Shown here piece after piece: positions 1 through 11,034 of a DNA stretch of 64,000 bases. The notes under the pieces were generated by a model. That model ran no database searches. It was given only the letters and a program-made list of their open reading frames with translations, and had not been told where the DNA came from. This DNA is from Fistulifera solaris (Eukaryota). Each line of letters begins with the position of its first letter. Positions within the stretch are counted from its first letter, which is position 1. Where the stretch lies: the NCBI GenBank assembly GCA_030295235.1, contig AP026152.1, positions 682,001 to 746,000 of the forward strand. Reading direction: 5' to 3'. A program made the translations under genes and the position numbers.

Positions 1-495
1 ATTCGTGTATTGAATGGGATTGTAAAGCCACCCATCGAAGCAGAGCGACGAAAAGAACGGGGAGAAGAAGAAGAACAAAAGAGTGGTTTTACATGGCCGT
101 GGCAAGCCGAGTCGTCAAACGAGGATACGACTAGTATTTTAGAAGGATTGCCCGAAGCGGTCAAAGGGGCTTTTGTTTGCTTATTAACACGAGCGTTTGA
201 AGATGAAGGGGATGCCGAAAAGTTAGTTCCCATGTTGGATATGATGCAACACAGTGAAGATCCTTCCATTTCTCATGTCATGCGCAAATCGGATGGTAGT
301 GTGCAAGTCCGAGCGCGGAAAGCATTGGAGGGTGGTGAAGAACTTTTCAATCAGTATCGTTCCGAGTTGGAAGAAAGCATGCCGTATCATCGTTTCTTTA
401 CACGGTATGGCTTTGTTCCCGGAGTAGAAGAAGATATGATGAATTTGTTACAAGACAAATCTTCTATCTTCTTTGCTCAAACAGCCGAAGTTTAA
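1..495 (+). CDS. SET-domain protein (Rubisco-LSMT/SETD3-like), 3' part only
   Basis: Frame open from base 1; SET signature LVPMLDMMQHS...GEELFNQY...RYGFVP. Confidence 0.75.
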   Translation: MRVLNGIVKPPIEAERRKERGEEEEQKSGFTWPWQAESSNEDTTSILEGLPEAVKGAFVCLLTRAFEDEGDAEKLVPMLDMMQHSEDPSISHVMRKSDGSVQVRARKALEGGEELFNQYRSELEESMPYHRFFTRYGFVPGVEEDMMNLLQDKSSIFFAQTAEV

Positions 496-1202
496 CGTTG
501 TAAAGTAATTCTTGATTTCGAAAGAATTTTTGGTGCGTCGGCGTTTGTCATGTCATAAACAATTTCGAGTCCTTCCACTACTAGGTCGTTGTTATTGCTG
601 TTATTGTCACCGACCTTCCATTTCGTCACCACACGCCGTGGAAAGATCACCGGAATACCCCGATCATCTTCTTGTGTGACCAATTGAAACTCCGAGCTAA
701 ACACGGTCGATTCCGTACGTTCGGTGGCCCGTTTGGTCACTTTCATTTCTTTTGTTTTCCCATTGTTGTATTCCATTCGCAAGACGTTGGGATTCGATGC
801 CGACCACTGTGACGATCGTACCGTATTAGCAGTTATCGAATTTTCTAAATTGCCTTGATTGAAAGCACGATCGGCAATGACGATGTCCTCGTCGAATAAA
901 AGGAAACGAACGGGATATTCCAATAGTGTTGTTTGTTCGTCACTGCTACCAAATGATACTTGTCGACGCATGTTCCAAGTCCCCTGCCACGAAACAGGAT
1001 AATAGACATCCGGAGCTCCATAACCAGGAATTTTGGCTGAAGCACGACGCAATGTTGTTTCGGGAGGCGGTAAGAGAACAAAAAGTGACTGTTGCAGCAT
1101 ATCGCGTCGAGCCAGACTGTGGACTGTCGTCGTCCAAGCCGAGATGAATGGTAAGAAGAAACTGCTGAATAGACATATTGTCAGGCTGGATGTTAGCCTC
1201 AT
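492..1202 (-). CDS. Plastid/thylakoid-targeted conserved hypothetical protein (DUF6816-like)
   Basis: ATG at 1202, signal peptide ending ISA-W, then RR plus a hydrophobic stretch; YPxxWxGTW, DRAFN and NPN motifs. Confidence 0.55.
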   Translation of the reverse strand: MRLTSSLTICLFSSFFLPFISAWTTTVHSLARRDMLQQSLFVLLPPPETTLRRASAKIPGYGAPDVYYPVSWQGTWNMRRQVSFGSSDEQTTLLEYPVRFLLFDEDIVIADRAFNQGNLENSITANTVRSSQWSASNPNVLRMEYNNGKTKEMKVTKRATERTESTVFSSEFQLVTQEDDRGIPVIFPRRVVTKWKVGDNNSNNNDLVVEGLEIVYDMTNADAPKILSKSRITLQR

Positions 1203-1865
1203 GATAGTGATACGAGATGCTAAGAAAAGCAATTGTACCAGGTAAGTTGTTGTTGTCGTCAAAAGTGAACGAGAAAAGTGAGTCAGTCGTCACTCTTGTC
1301 ACAACTCGTGACTTGGACCTTGTAAGTAAGTTACCCTCATCCCTTATCATGTTTCGTACTATGAGCTGGTAAGAACTTTTTGTGAGTCAAAAGGGCGACG
1401 TGGCCCAGGATCGGCATCTTTTGACTTTTGACACGGACGGAAAGTTCAATGGGGATAAAGAACGCGCACCGAAGTCTTCTGGAGTCGTGAGTCAGTAGTA
1501 TTTGCAAGACAAGATTTCTGGCGGCAAGATACCACGACGTCATACTACAGCATGGAACAAAGTAAGTTCATTGGAACCTGACGCAGATGTAGGTCACTCT
1601 ACGAAATTCTGACCCATTCTGACGAAATTCGCACGATGGCGGGTTCCGATGCGCCACCAACTCACTCTCGATGAACAGTACAACTCCAAGTGGTACCGGT
1701 ACTCCGAACTCCGTACCTTTTGTACTGCGAATTCCAACTCAGCGCGATCCGATTGAATTCTCAAGAAGAAGAAAAAAAATCTCACAAAAGAGCAACCAAG
1801 CGATCACTCTTCTTTTATTGTTCTTGCTGTTATTGAATGAATCATCATCATTAGCCTACATCATC

Positions 1866-3374
1866 ATGAAAACTTCTTCGACGAATAATACAAGGACTGT
1901 GTATTGTGGCAGAAGCGTACCTTGTGTCTATTCTGCACTCCTTCTTCTTCTTTTCCTGCTTTCCTCATTTACAACACTCCAAGCCTACGTGACATCTCCC
2001 GGAGCCGTCCCGGTGCATCGACAACGCGCCTTCTTACAAGAAATCACGATCGATTTGTGTCAAACGACGACACCATTGTCAAATGAACAACTCTCACAAG
2101 CTCCGAAACTGTTGGAAGCCTGGAGCAAACAACCGACAGCGCAAGCTGCAATGCAAAGTGAAAAATTGGTCGCAAGGGTGATTGCCGAAAAGAAAGCGGG
2201 CAATGGAGCGGCCGATTTGACCGTGCGGGATTACAACTGCTTATTGTCGACGTGGTGCAGTCTGCAAAACAACGCCGAGCGTTGTGAACAAATTGTCGAA
2301 ACAATGCAAGCTGTCGGTGAACCATTGCCGAATTTGGATTCTTTCAAACTAGTCTTGAAAGCGTGGAGACAACAACGGCCTGTCGATCCGACGTATGCGC
2401 CCTTTCGTGCACAGCGCATTCTGGATTGGATGATTCGGTTGTATAGTAATGGAGAAAATGCACAGGCCTTGCCGGATGCCGAGTGTTTTGATATGTGCTT
2501 GACGATTTGGAGTCGATCGGGTCATCCCGAAGCACCCGAGCGGACGGAAAAGTTGTTGGGGGCTATGGAACGATTGCATCGGTCGACCGGGGCGGCCAAG
2601 CCACGCCATACGAGTTTCAATGCGGTATTGGCGGCGTGGAGCAAGTCGCATCGTCCCGAGGCGGCCGATCGGGTGATGGATATTTTGAGTTTCATGGAAT
2701 TGTTGGCGTCGCACGGAGAATTGACCCTCGACGCAGCATCGTACAACACGGTCATGAATACGGTACTCTTGACAACCGAGGCCGGAGATGCTTCGTTGAA
2801 AGCACAAGCCATTCTCAAGCACGCACTCAAAGCACAAAAACGAGATCCGGAACATGTGCAATTAGAAACGATTTTGTTCAATTCGGCCATCGGTGCGCTG
2901 GCGAAAAGTAAAGCTCCCGGAGCCTTTGTCAAGGCCCGAACCATTCTGGATCGACAAATTACATTGTACGAAAATGGTTGCACGACGTGTCGACCGGATG
3001 TGGTAGGATACACTTCCGTCATTGCTTGCTGTGCGGCAGAGACCATCGAGCGCACCGCGGCTTTTGCGACCGCCATGCAAACCTTTCAAGAAATCGAAAC
3101 ACCCAATCACATTACTTACGGCACCATGTTGAAAGCGTGTGCCAAACTATTGCCCCATGACGCACCCGCCCGTCGAAAAGCGGTGCGCCACTTGATGGCA
3201 AAAGCCAAAGAAGCGGGATGTGTGGGAGACATGGTCGTTTCACGGTTGCGGGAAGCGACCCCGGAATTGTACAAGGAATTGTTGGAAGGACACAGTAAGA
3301 AGCAATTACCGCCAGAATGGACCCGAAATATCGATGAGTCGTCCAAGAAAAAGGGACGTCGGGCCGAAGTATAG
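1866..3374 (+). CDS. Pentatricopeptide-repeat (PPR) protein, probably organelle-targeted
   Basis: Repeated PPR-like motifs (SFNAVLAAWSK, SYNTVMN, PDVVGYTSVI, PNHITYGTMLKAC) and a hydrophobic leader; start codon uncertain. Confidence 0.85.
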   Translation: MKTSSTNNTRTVYCGRSVPCVYSALLLLLFLLSSFTTLQAYVTSPGAVPVHRQRAFLQEITIDLCQTTTPLSNEQLSQAPKLLEAWSKQPTAQAAMQSEKLVARVIAEKKAGNGAADLTVRDYNCLLSTWCSLQNNAERCEQIVETMQAVGEPLPNLDSFKLVLKAWRQQRPVDPTYAPFRAQRILDWMIRLYSNGENAQALPDAECFDMCLTIWSRSGHPEAPERTEKLLGAMERLHRSTGAAKPRHTSFNAVLAAWSKSHRPEAADRVMDILSFMELLASHGELTLDAASYNTVMNTVLLTTEAGDASLKAQAILKHALKAQKRDPEHVQLETILFNSAIGALAKSKAPGAFVKARTILDRQITLYENGCTTCRPDVVGYTSVIACCAAETIERTAAFATAMQTFQEIETPNHITYGTMLKACAKLLPHDAPARRKAVRHLMAKAKEAGCVGDMVVSRLREATPELYKELLEGHSKKQLPPEWTRNIDESSKKKGRRAEV

Positions 3375-3529
3375 CCTCGGCGATGCATCTAATTTGATCC
3401 ATTTTTGTACAGTTTTCCTCCTATTAATATTCTTTCATTAAAAACTTAGACCTATAATAGATTATTTTTTATACAAGTGACTCTATCGTTTCTAATGCGT
3501 TGTTGTAGCTCATTATTGATTATACTTTG

Positions 3530-5740
3530 TTACAATTGCTTCAAGGCATCTCGTACCATTTCACAAGCAGCAATACCATCGTGGTGGTCTGTTATTTGTA
3601 TCAACTTTGCTGCGTCTAGTGAGCATGCCGCTTTCCACAACGCCTTGACTTGTTGAATGTTATAGATGGCTTCTTTCACTGGATCACTTCGCTGTGGGAA
3701 CGTGTCAAAATAAAAATGCCCTCGATAGTTTGCTTGGCGTAATTGATACATTACTTCTAACGCCATGGAAGGATGAACGGACCCAAACAACAAGCCGTCT
3801 TCCGCAGCCAGTCGCGTGTACCCATCGTTCAGTTGTATGCCAAACAATTTGTCGTATTGTGCCACCAATGCAATGCTCTGTGCTGGATTCTCACCGGCCA
3901 TCAGCATGTGACCCACGTCCATCGTCAATCCAAAATTATCTCTTTGCACGTCTTGACACAACAATAAGGCCGTGCCCGTGCTCGGAACTAAAAAGAAGCG
4001 GGTATTCTCGTCGGTCGGTTTGAACTCCAAAGATAATTTGATTTGCGGGTAAGCATCACAACACCGTTGGAAGGCTTGCACCATTTGTTGCCATTTCTTA
4101 CGATAATCAATCTGAAAAGGATAATCGTAACCATCAAAGGCGGACCAGACCACCACCTCTCGACAACCCAAAAACATAGCCGCTTCAGCCGCTTGCAGTG
4201 TCATTTGGATTGCTTCTTCACGACGCTGTGCTTCTGGATGCAAGAACGACCCCAAAGCGAATCGTTCGGCCGGATAGCGCAAACACACTGCCCCAGCTTG
4301 CAAGCGACAGGCCGCCAGGGCTTCTTTTAACTCCGATAAAGAATGTGAATGGAAATGTTGCGGATAATTGAAATCGACACAAGTCAATCCAGGTATTGTC
4401 GCTTGTCGTTTCAACCATTCCATGACCGACCCCTTGCTATTCGTTTCGTCGGGGTTCCACAAATCCCATCGATCCTTCATGGAATTCAAACGGGAACCAA
4501 TGAGAAAAGGAAACTCGGTCTCTTTGGCGGCTTCTGCTGGTACTGTTGTTTGTTTGAAGTCGCTGTCCGTTTTGCGCGTGTCGCTTTCCTCATCAAAACT
4601 TTCTGACATTGACTGAAGTTCGTTTTCTCGCCGTTCTTTTAAGGATTCCCACAACGACAAGGCCTGATCGTACTGTTCTTGGACTCGTTGTAATGTCGGA
4701 GCCGCCGCGACAGCTCCCATGGTTTGTACCGCACACGCCCCCGCCGCCGCCGCCCACGCCAAGGGTGGTTCTTGTCTTTGGAGTAATGCCGCCACAAAGG
4801 CCGCACGAAAACAATCGCCCGCCCCCGTTTCATCGACCACGTTGGTAACAGGTACGGCTGGAACATGCAATGGTCGGGTTGTCGAAGCATCAGCACTACA
4901 AGGAGGAAACCATGTCGCTCCTTGTCGACCTTGTGTGACAATCACATGGTTCGCATGACAGTGTTGTTGCAAGAATTGGACTTGTTCATTTACGGTAGAC
5001 AGCGGATTGTTGTTGCTGTCACTAGCAGAATGTTTACTCTTCATTTTCTGCACCAATCGCTGTAATTCGGTTTCATTGGGCATGAGATAATCCACATACG
5101 GCAAATGATGCATCGGTCGATCCGCTCCTCCCACATCTTGTACGGTGATTATGTGCGGAAAATGAGTCTTGACATAACGACACAAGAATTGATTGACAAA
5201 ATCGGGAATCTCGCATTGCAATAAAATGCATTGAATGTTGTGTGACTGAATCAATTGATGCAAATACGGCCAAATCATGGTCGGTTGTTGTTGCAATTGA
5301 TTTCCGATCGTCTTCCATTCCTCCCAACCGTATTCATTGCTGCCTCCACTGACAATGGCACTGACTTGTCCCGTATTTTCACACAATGTGATATAACCTC
5401 TTCCGCAGGGTAATTGTGGATGCGATCCGCACTGCCAAAGCAAGGAAGATGACAACAGATCCGATGGATCGGGCAGATCGTAGCCGACTTGTCCGACGAA
5501 ACACACGGCTTTGTCTTTCAGTAATAATTTCGACAAGGCCACGGCTTGTGTCAATCCTTTTCCGCCCCATTGATGCCACGGCATTCGTAAGGTTGTCAAG
5601 TTTTCTCCTTCTTGCGGCATGCGTTCGACGGGTAAATACGTATCAATGTTGACAGAACCCACCACGAGGACATTGGCGGCAGTCTGTATTGTGAAATGAA
5701 AGCATAGTATTATGCAGAGCATAAGGGCGGATTGTAGCAT
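3530..5740 (-). CDS. PfkB/ribokinase-family kinase fused to a xylose-isomerase-like TIM barrel
   Basis: N-half: VVGSVNID, GGKG, PNETE, DETGAGDCF. C-half: DFNYPQH, EFKP, DVGH, QLNDG, FDTFP. Single 736-aa ORF. Confidence 0.85.
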   Translation of the reverse strand: MLQSALMLCIILCFHFTIQTAANVLVVGSVNIDTYLPVERMPQEGENLTTLRMPWHQWGGKGLTQAVALSKLLLKDKAVCFVGQVGYDLPDPSDLLSSSLLWQCGSHPQLPCGRGYITLCENTGQVSAIVSGGSNEYGWEEWKTIGNQLQQQPTMIWPYLHQLIQSHNIQCILLQCEIPDFVNQFLCRYVKTHFPHIITVQDVGGADRPMHHLPYVDYLMPNETELQRLVQKMKSKHSASDSNNNPLSTVNEQVQFLQQHCHANHVIVTQGRQGATWFPPCSADASTTRPLHVPAVPVTNVVDETGAGDCFRAAFVAALLQRQEPPLAWAAAAGACAVQTMGAVAAAPTLQRVQEQYDQALSLWESLKERRENELQSMSESFDEESDTRKTDSDFKQTTVPAEAAKETEFPFLIGSRLNSMKDRWDLWNPDETNSKGSVMEWLKRQATIPGLTCVDFNYPQHFHSHSLSELKEALAACRLQAGAVCLRYPAERFALGSFLHPEAQRREEAIQMTLQAAEAAMFLGCREVVVWSAFDGYDYPFQIDYRKKWQQMVQAFQRCCDAYPQIKLSLEFKPTDENTRFFLVPSTGTALLLCQDVQRDNFGLTMDVGHMLMAGENPAQSIALVAQYDKLFGIQLNDGYTRLAAEDGLLFGSVHPSMALEVMYQLRQANYRGHFYFDTFPQRSDPVKEAIYNIQQVKALWKAACSLDAAKLIQITDHHDGIAACEMVRDALKQL

Positions 5741-5864
5741 CTTGTTATGCGTAACTTATGATGAAATCAATGAAAGGCATATAATCACAGAAGAATGGGA
5801 ATTTTCGAGGCTTCGATCGTCGAGCGTTGATACGACGCCGCCATGGTCGAAATAATGAGGTCAC

Positions 5865-6889
5865 CCTTGAAATTGCACTATGAAACGAAGTGTTTGTTTA
5901 CGCCAGCCAAGACTGGATTGTACAGTAGTCATGAGTCATGAACCGAACAACAAAGGGTTCCGTTTTGCGTCTTTCGCCTCCGTCCAGTGTCATTCAACTG
6001 CGAATATAATTATATTTACGGGTAAATAAACTTGCAACAATGACGATTCTGAACTACTTGTTAAGATGTCCTTTTATTTTTCACGTCGAAAATCCGCGGA
6101 TCGATACCTTGAAATTTCACTATACAACGGAGTGTTGGTTTACGCCAGCCAAGACTGGATTGTACAATAGTCATGAGTCATGAACCGAACAACAAAGGGT
6201 TCCGTTTTGCGTCTTTCGCCTCCGTCCAGTGTCATTCAACTGCGAATATAATTATATTTACGGGTAAATAAACTTGCAACAATGACGATTCTGAACTACT
6301 TGTTAAGATGTCCTTTTATTTTTCACGTCGAAAATCCGCGGATCGATACCTTGAAATTTCACTATACAACGGAGTGTTGGTTTACGCCAGCCAAGACTGG
6401 ATTGTACAGTAGTCATGAGTCATGAACCGAACAACAAAGGGTTCCGTTTTGCGCCTTTCGCATCCGTCCAGTGTCATTCAACTGCCAATATAATTATATT
6501 TACGGGTAGATAAAGTCGCAACAATGACGATTCTGAACTACTTGTTAAGATGTCCTTTTATTTTTCACGTCGAAAATCCGCTGATCGATACCTTGAAATT
6601 TCACTATGAATCGGAGTGTTGGTTTACTGGATTGTACAGTAGTCATGAGTCATGAACCGAACTACGTTGGGTTCCGTTTTGCGTCTTTCGCCTCCGTCCA
6701 GTGTCATTCAACTCCGAATATATTCATACTTACGGGAAAATAAACTTGCAACAATGACGATTCTGAACTACTTGTTAAGATGTCCTTTTATTTTTCACGT
6801 CGAAAATCCGCGGATCGATACCTTGAAATTTCACTATAAATCGGAGTGTTAGTTTTCGCCAGCCAAGACTGGATTGTACAGTAGTCATG
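5865..6889 (+). repeat. Tandem repeat, 242-bp unit, ~4.2 copies (family A)
   Basis: CGCCAGCC at 5901, 6143, 6385; the fourth unit has a 12-bp deletion; reverse-complement homolog of 14500-15231. Confidence 0.95.
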
Positions 6890-7317
6890 GTTTCATTTGT
6901 CGCGATGCGTTTGATTTAAACAATACGAATGCTTCTGGCAGAACAAGGATCACAATACATGGTTAAGGATCGACCTGTGTAGGGGTTTCACAGAAACCAT
7001 TTTGCTTGACTTGGGTTGAAACTTCGATCTGCGACAAGGTTTGCGGCTCATGTCGTAGAGCCGTGAACTATCAGATTGATTATATAGTACAGTTTCATGT
7101 CCTCCGTAAACCTACAGATTAATGGTATAGTATATTCGTAAAATACTCTTCCATGATTTTCGGCGTGAACCGCCGAGCCGTGCATTGTGCATGCACCTGC
7201 TTATCAAAGCAAGATAAAATGCTTATTTGACATTATTTTTTATAGTCTAGCTGAAATAAATTTCTCTGATTAGCTTTGAGACCTGAGACCTCGATTTTTC
7301 GGGAGAATTTATTTTAG

Positions 7318-7340
7318 CTCATGACTGAATACCAGTCGTT
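7318..7340. promoter_or_regulatory. 23-bp imperfect palindrome CTCATGACTGAAWNNCAGTCRTG, copy 1
   Basis: ctcatgactgaataccagtcgtt, ~250 bp upstream of the TDP1 ATG; five related copies elsewhere. Confidence 0.45.
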
Positions 7341-7593
7341 AAAAAAGTAGTCTACACTTGAGCGGATAGTGCCTACGATGAGTGGACAGAAAGGCAGACG
7401 CATTGGGATGGGGCGCCTTTTTTTCACACCAATATTTAGTATAATATAATTCTCTAAAAACAAAAAAGCGGCCGCGCGTGTATTATTATGCGCAAAATGC
7501 TATTGCTGATTGCTGCTGTCTTCAAACTTGAAACTGAACTTATTGCAAGGATTTGTTTACTCGTATCCTGTATAATAGATACATTACTAGAAT

Positions 7594-9715
7594 ATGAAAC
7601 GATCACGACCATGGGATAAACACGAACGTCCCAATCCTTTTGTGAAAACGACGACAACGACGACAACGACCTTTACATCCTCGACAACCAAAATCACTCG
7701 AACGGTGACTGCAATTCCAGCAGCATTTTCACACGACAGCAATCATTCGACACTTAAGCCCATTCCTTGTATCGAAATTGAAGGCACTTTGTTTTACAGT
7801 GATCGCTTTTATTTGCATCGCACAATCTACGATAAGTATGATGCGCGCGACCCTTCTCGACCCAATAACAAATGTCATTGCGGAGTCAAACAGCCGCTTC
7901 CTCTCTTCGATCGAGCTGCTTTGATTCTATCATTAGATCTAAAGGCGGTCATTTGGAGTACTTTTTCGATGGAACCGGAAGCGTGGGCGTCGGAATATCC
8001 TACTTTGTTCGGACCAACGGCAACGATACCGACCTTGGTGATGCACGGGAAAAAGGGATGGACGTGTGACCAACAGCAACAACAGCAATCTGTGGAGGAT
8101 GACGACTCTATTATAGAAGAAGAAGAAATTCGACTGGATGACGATAGTCTTGCGACACAACCTCCGAAAGCCACTACGAGGAATCAGCAAAACAATCACA
8201 ATTACTTCGCATTCCCCGAAACGGTGCAGTTCAGTGAAATCACCGCGTCATGGATACCTCCCAACGATCTGGCGCGGGTTTCAAAGATCATGGACGACGA
8301 AACGGGGTGTTTGTCTCCCGAGTTGCTGGCAGTACGAAAGTCATGCAAAGGCGTGCATCATCCGAAATACATGTTGTTATTCGAAACCAGCGGGGCAGTG
8401 ATTGCGGTCGTGTCAACCGCCAATATGACGACCAGTCGTACCATTGATGCGTCGTGGATGCAGCGATTTCCTCCGATCAATCATCGTAAGGAAAATTCGA
8501 CAGCACCATCCTGTAGTGATTTTGGTCTCGCCTTGGCCCATTTCATGCAGCACCAAATGCTCAGTACACGCGCCCATCAAATGACGCTCACGACCTTTCT
8601 GCAACGACATCTGGGATGGAAATCGTTGCGTGATTTGTTGCGTCTGTATTCGTTTGACGAGGCGCAAGTGCACCTCATGCCCATTGTGCCGGGCATATTT
8701 CCTTTGGAAGTGCCAGCGCCGCCAAAAGAAGAAGACATCAAGAAAAAGTCTACTGTTTTGTTCGGACAGCAGCGTATGGCGCAAGTCTTGCAACAACTTA
8801 CGGCAGGAAAATCGCCGTCGTTGCCCCCGAGTCTACTATCGGATCACGATCGTTTGCTTTGTCAACCGACGAGTTTGGGGGCCGAATGGACGGTCGAACA
8901 AATGTCGAGTATGGTACACGCCTACTTGGGTCATGTCATTCCACAACGTCCACACGTTGATATGTTGAAGCGATTGGATATCATTTGGCCAACGGATTAC
9001 TATGTTCAACAAGTCAAAACTGTTCTTCATGATGCAACAACAACGACGACCAGTGCTTCGATATTGAATGCTTTTCCTACTGAAAACAGTTCTCACGCAT
9101 CGTCGCAACTCGCTTGCAGCGGATATCTCTTCTTGTCATCCGAGACCTTCAATCGCATACCCATTGACTGTCTATCACGAATGGTGCTTTGGGAACCTTG
9201 CTATCCGGAGTCCACAAAAGACCACACTGGTGCCACATATCAAAAGCATCGCTCGCGTCTTTCACGGCAATGACTACCTCATCCGCAAAGATCACGGAAT
9301 TCCGAAATGCGAAGAATTGTTTTCGTGGTTTTTGTTGACGAGTGCGTGTCTTTCGCGGGGAGCACAAGGCGTTTGCATCGACCAGGCCATGCATTATGCC
9401 AATTTCGAACTCGGTGTACTTTTTTCCAGTCGATTGGCGGATCACGAAGAGAAGCGACTGTATGGCTGGAAGCCATCGCAATGTGCTTGTCACACAAAAG
9501 AAAATAGTACGGCAAACACCGCTCGACTGATTCATTTGCCTCTCCCCTATTGTGTACGTCCGCCCCCTTACCAAGAAGACGAAGAGGAAGTGGAATTTTG
9601 TGAGACGCCGTATTTTCACGAAGTGACTTCGGGCTCTGTTGCCGTGGGCAATATGCGATACACACCGTACGGTGCCGCCATGGCAGAGAAACTAGCCAAG
9701 AAAGAAAGTGCATAG
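7594..9715 (+). CDS. TDP1: Tyrosyl-DNA phosphodiesterase 1-like (one frameshift at ~9216-9219)
   Basis: GVHHPK...STANM in ORF 7594-9273; PHIK...WFLLTSACLS...ANFELGVLF in ORF 9068-9715; the frames join by removing one A. Confidence 0.8.
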
Positions 9716-9820
9716 GAGATTGGAGTGGACGGCTACGTTGTAAAGTCATCAGTCATCAGACGAGTCTATGTAAATCAAATTAAAAACAGTTAGGTCACGG
9801 TTTCGCCGATCACATCGCTT

Positions 9821-10674
9821 TCATAAGAGCAACGTTAGACAGCTTACTCCGACTCCGACGCCAAAGTGTGCGACAACATTATTGGCAAAAGAGGTTGTAG
9901 TCGGTTCTACTACAGTGGTAGAAGGAAGAAATTCATCACTAGGAGCTTCCACTGGAGCTACAACAGGGCTTTCCACGCTTGCAATGGGCTGCGAGTCTGA
10001 TTCGACCGGCGAAGCCACCGGAGACTCATCGTCCTCTTCGTCAACGACCGGCGACGCCACCGGTGACGAGGCAACAGGTGAAGAGGAGGGAACAGTAGAT
10101 GATTGTGAGCAGTCGACCTCACCATCATCACCTGGGACATCCAAATAGATATCAAAACGAACAAGGCGACTCCCATCGTCCGCTTCGGTAATTTCGACCG
10201 CTTGCAACGTACGACTGGGCTGATAGCCAAATTCTTCCCCTACAAAGTACATCTGCGTCACCAACAATTCTTCGTCAACCCGTGACGCTCGAACATGAAC
10301 ATGTAGAGGCCGTCCTGTATAAAGAGCAGGATAGGTTTGTGTATAATTGTACTTTCCACACGCTTCTGTCACCATCATTCCTCGATATTCATCGTCGCGA
10401 TACCCTTCTTCCCCCGCATACCAGATTTCAATGGTAATACCCGACAGTCCTTTAGTACAGTCTTGAGCACTGAGAACATTACCGGAAACTTTCAACTGAT
10501 TGCTCGGATCTTGCAACAAAATTTCGGGTCCGATGCGGGTCGCACGAGGCGAGGCTGCGACATAAAAGGACCTAACATATCCGTCGGCGTTTCACTGGAA
10601 GGACACGTTTGACTGACGACCACAAGGAATACTTGCAGCAGAAGGAAACAGCGTAGGCTTTGATGAAAATCCAT
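9821..10674 (-). CDS. Secreted intradiol ring-cleavage dioxygenase-like protein with S/P-rich stalk and hydrophobic C-terminus (frameshift at 10564-10567)
   Basis: Signal peptide; GPFY restored by adding one T; EIW, YPALYTGRPLHVH and TQMYF motifs. Confidence 0.75.
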
Positions 10675-10874
10675 GGTAAATTCGTGAAAGGTTTGTTTTT
10701 AAGAAAAATGAATGTGTCCTCTTTCTTCTTTCGCCTTTGCGTCAATGTTTTCTTTTTCCGCCGTGCGAATAAAAAAATCATTAAGGTTTTTGATCGTGTT
10801 AAATCACGCAGTAACGGACCGACAGAGACTGTCTTCGAACTGACTATGGACCCAAAGTGTTGGTTCAGGGAAAC

Positions 10875-10897
10875 CACGAATGCATTTCAGTCATGAG
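10875..10897. promoter_or_regulatory. 23-bp palindrome, copy 2
   Basis: Reverse complement reads ctcatgactgaaatgcattcgtg; ~200 bp upstream of the dioxygenase ATG. Confidence 0.45.
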
Positions 10898-11034
10898 TTG
10901 TATCCTATCTCGCACCAACATTTTTCTTTTGCTAGACCCAGAACTAGAGACAAGTGTCAAAATAGGTTTTCCACCATCGCTACACCTAAAGCATGCCATG
11001 AAACAACATTTGACGTTGACTTGACAGATAAACA

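Noticed and set aside
2349..3076. Long antisense/overlapping ORFs within the PPR gene, and similar ones such as 11834-12610, 15773-16399 and 26848-27483
   Set aside because: Shadow ORFs of real CDS with no independent motifs.
6652..6852. Repeated small ORFs (..FIFHVENPRID..) here and at 14443-15102
   Set aside because: They are by-products of satellite units; stops and indels vary between copies.
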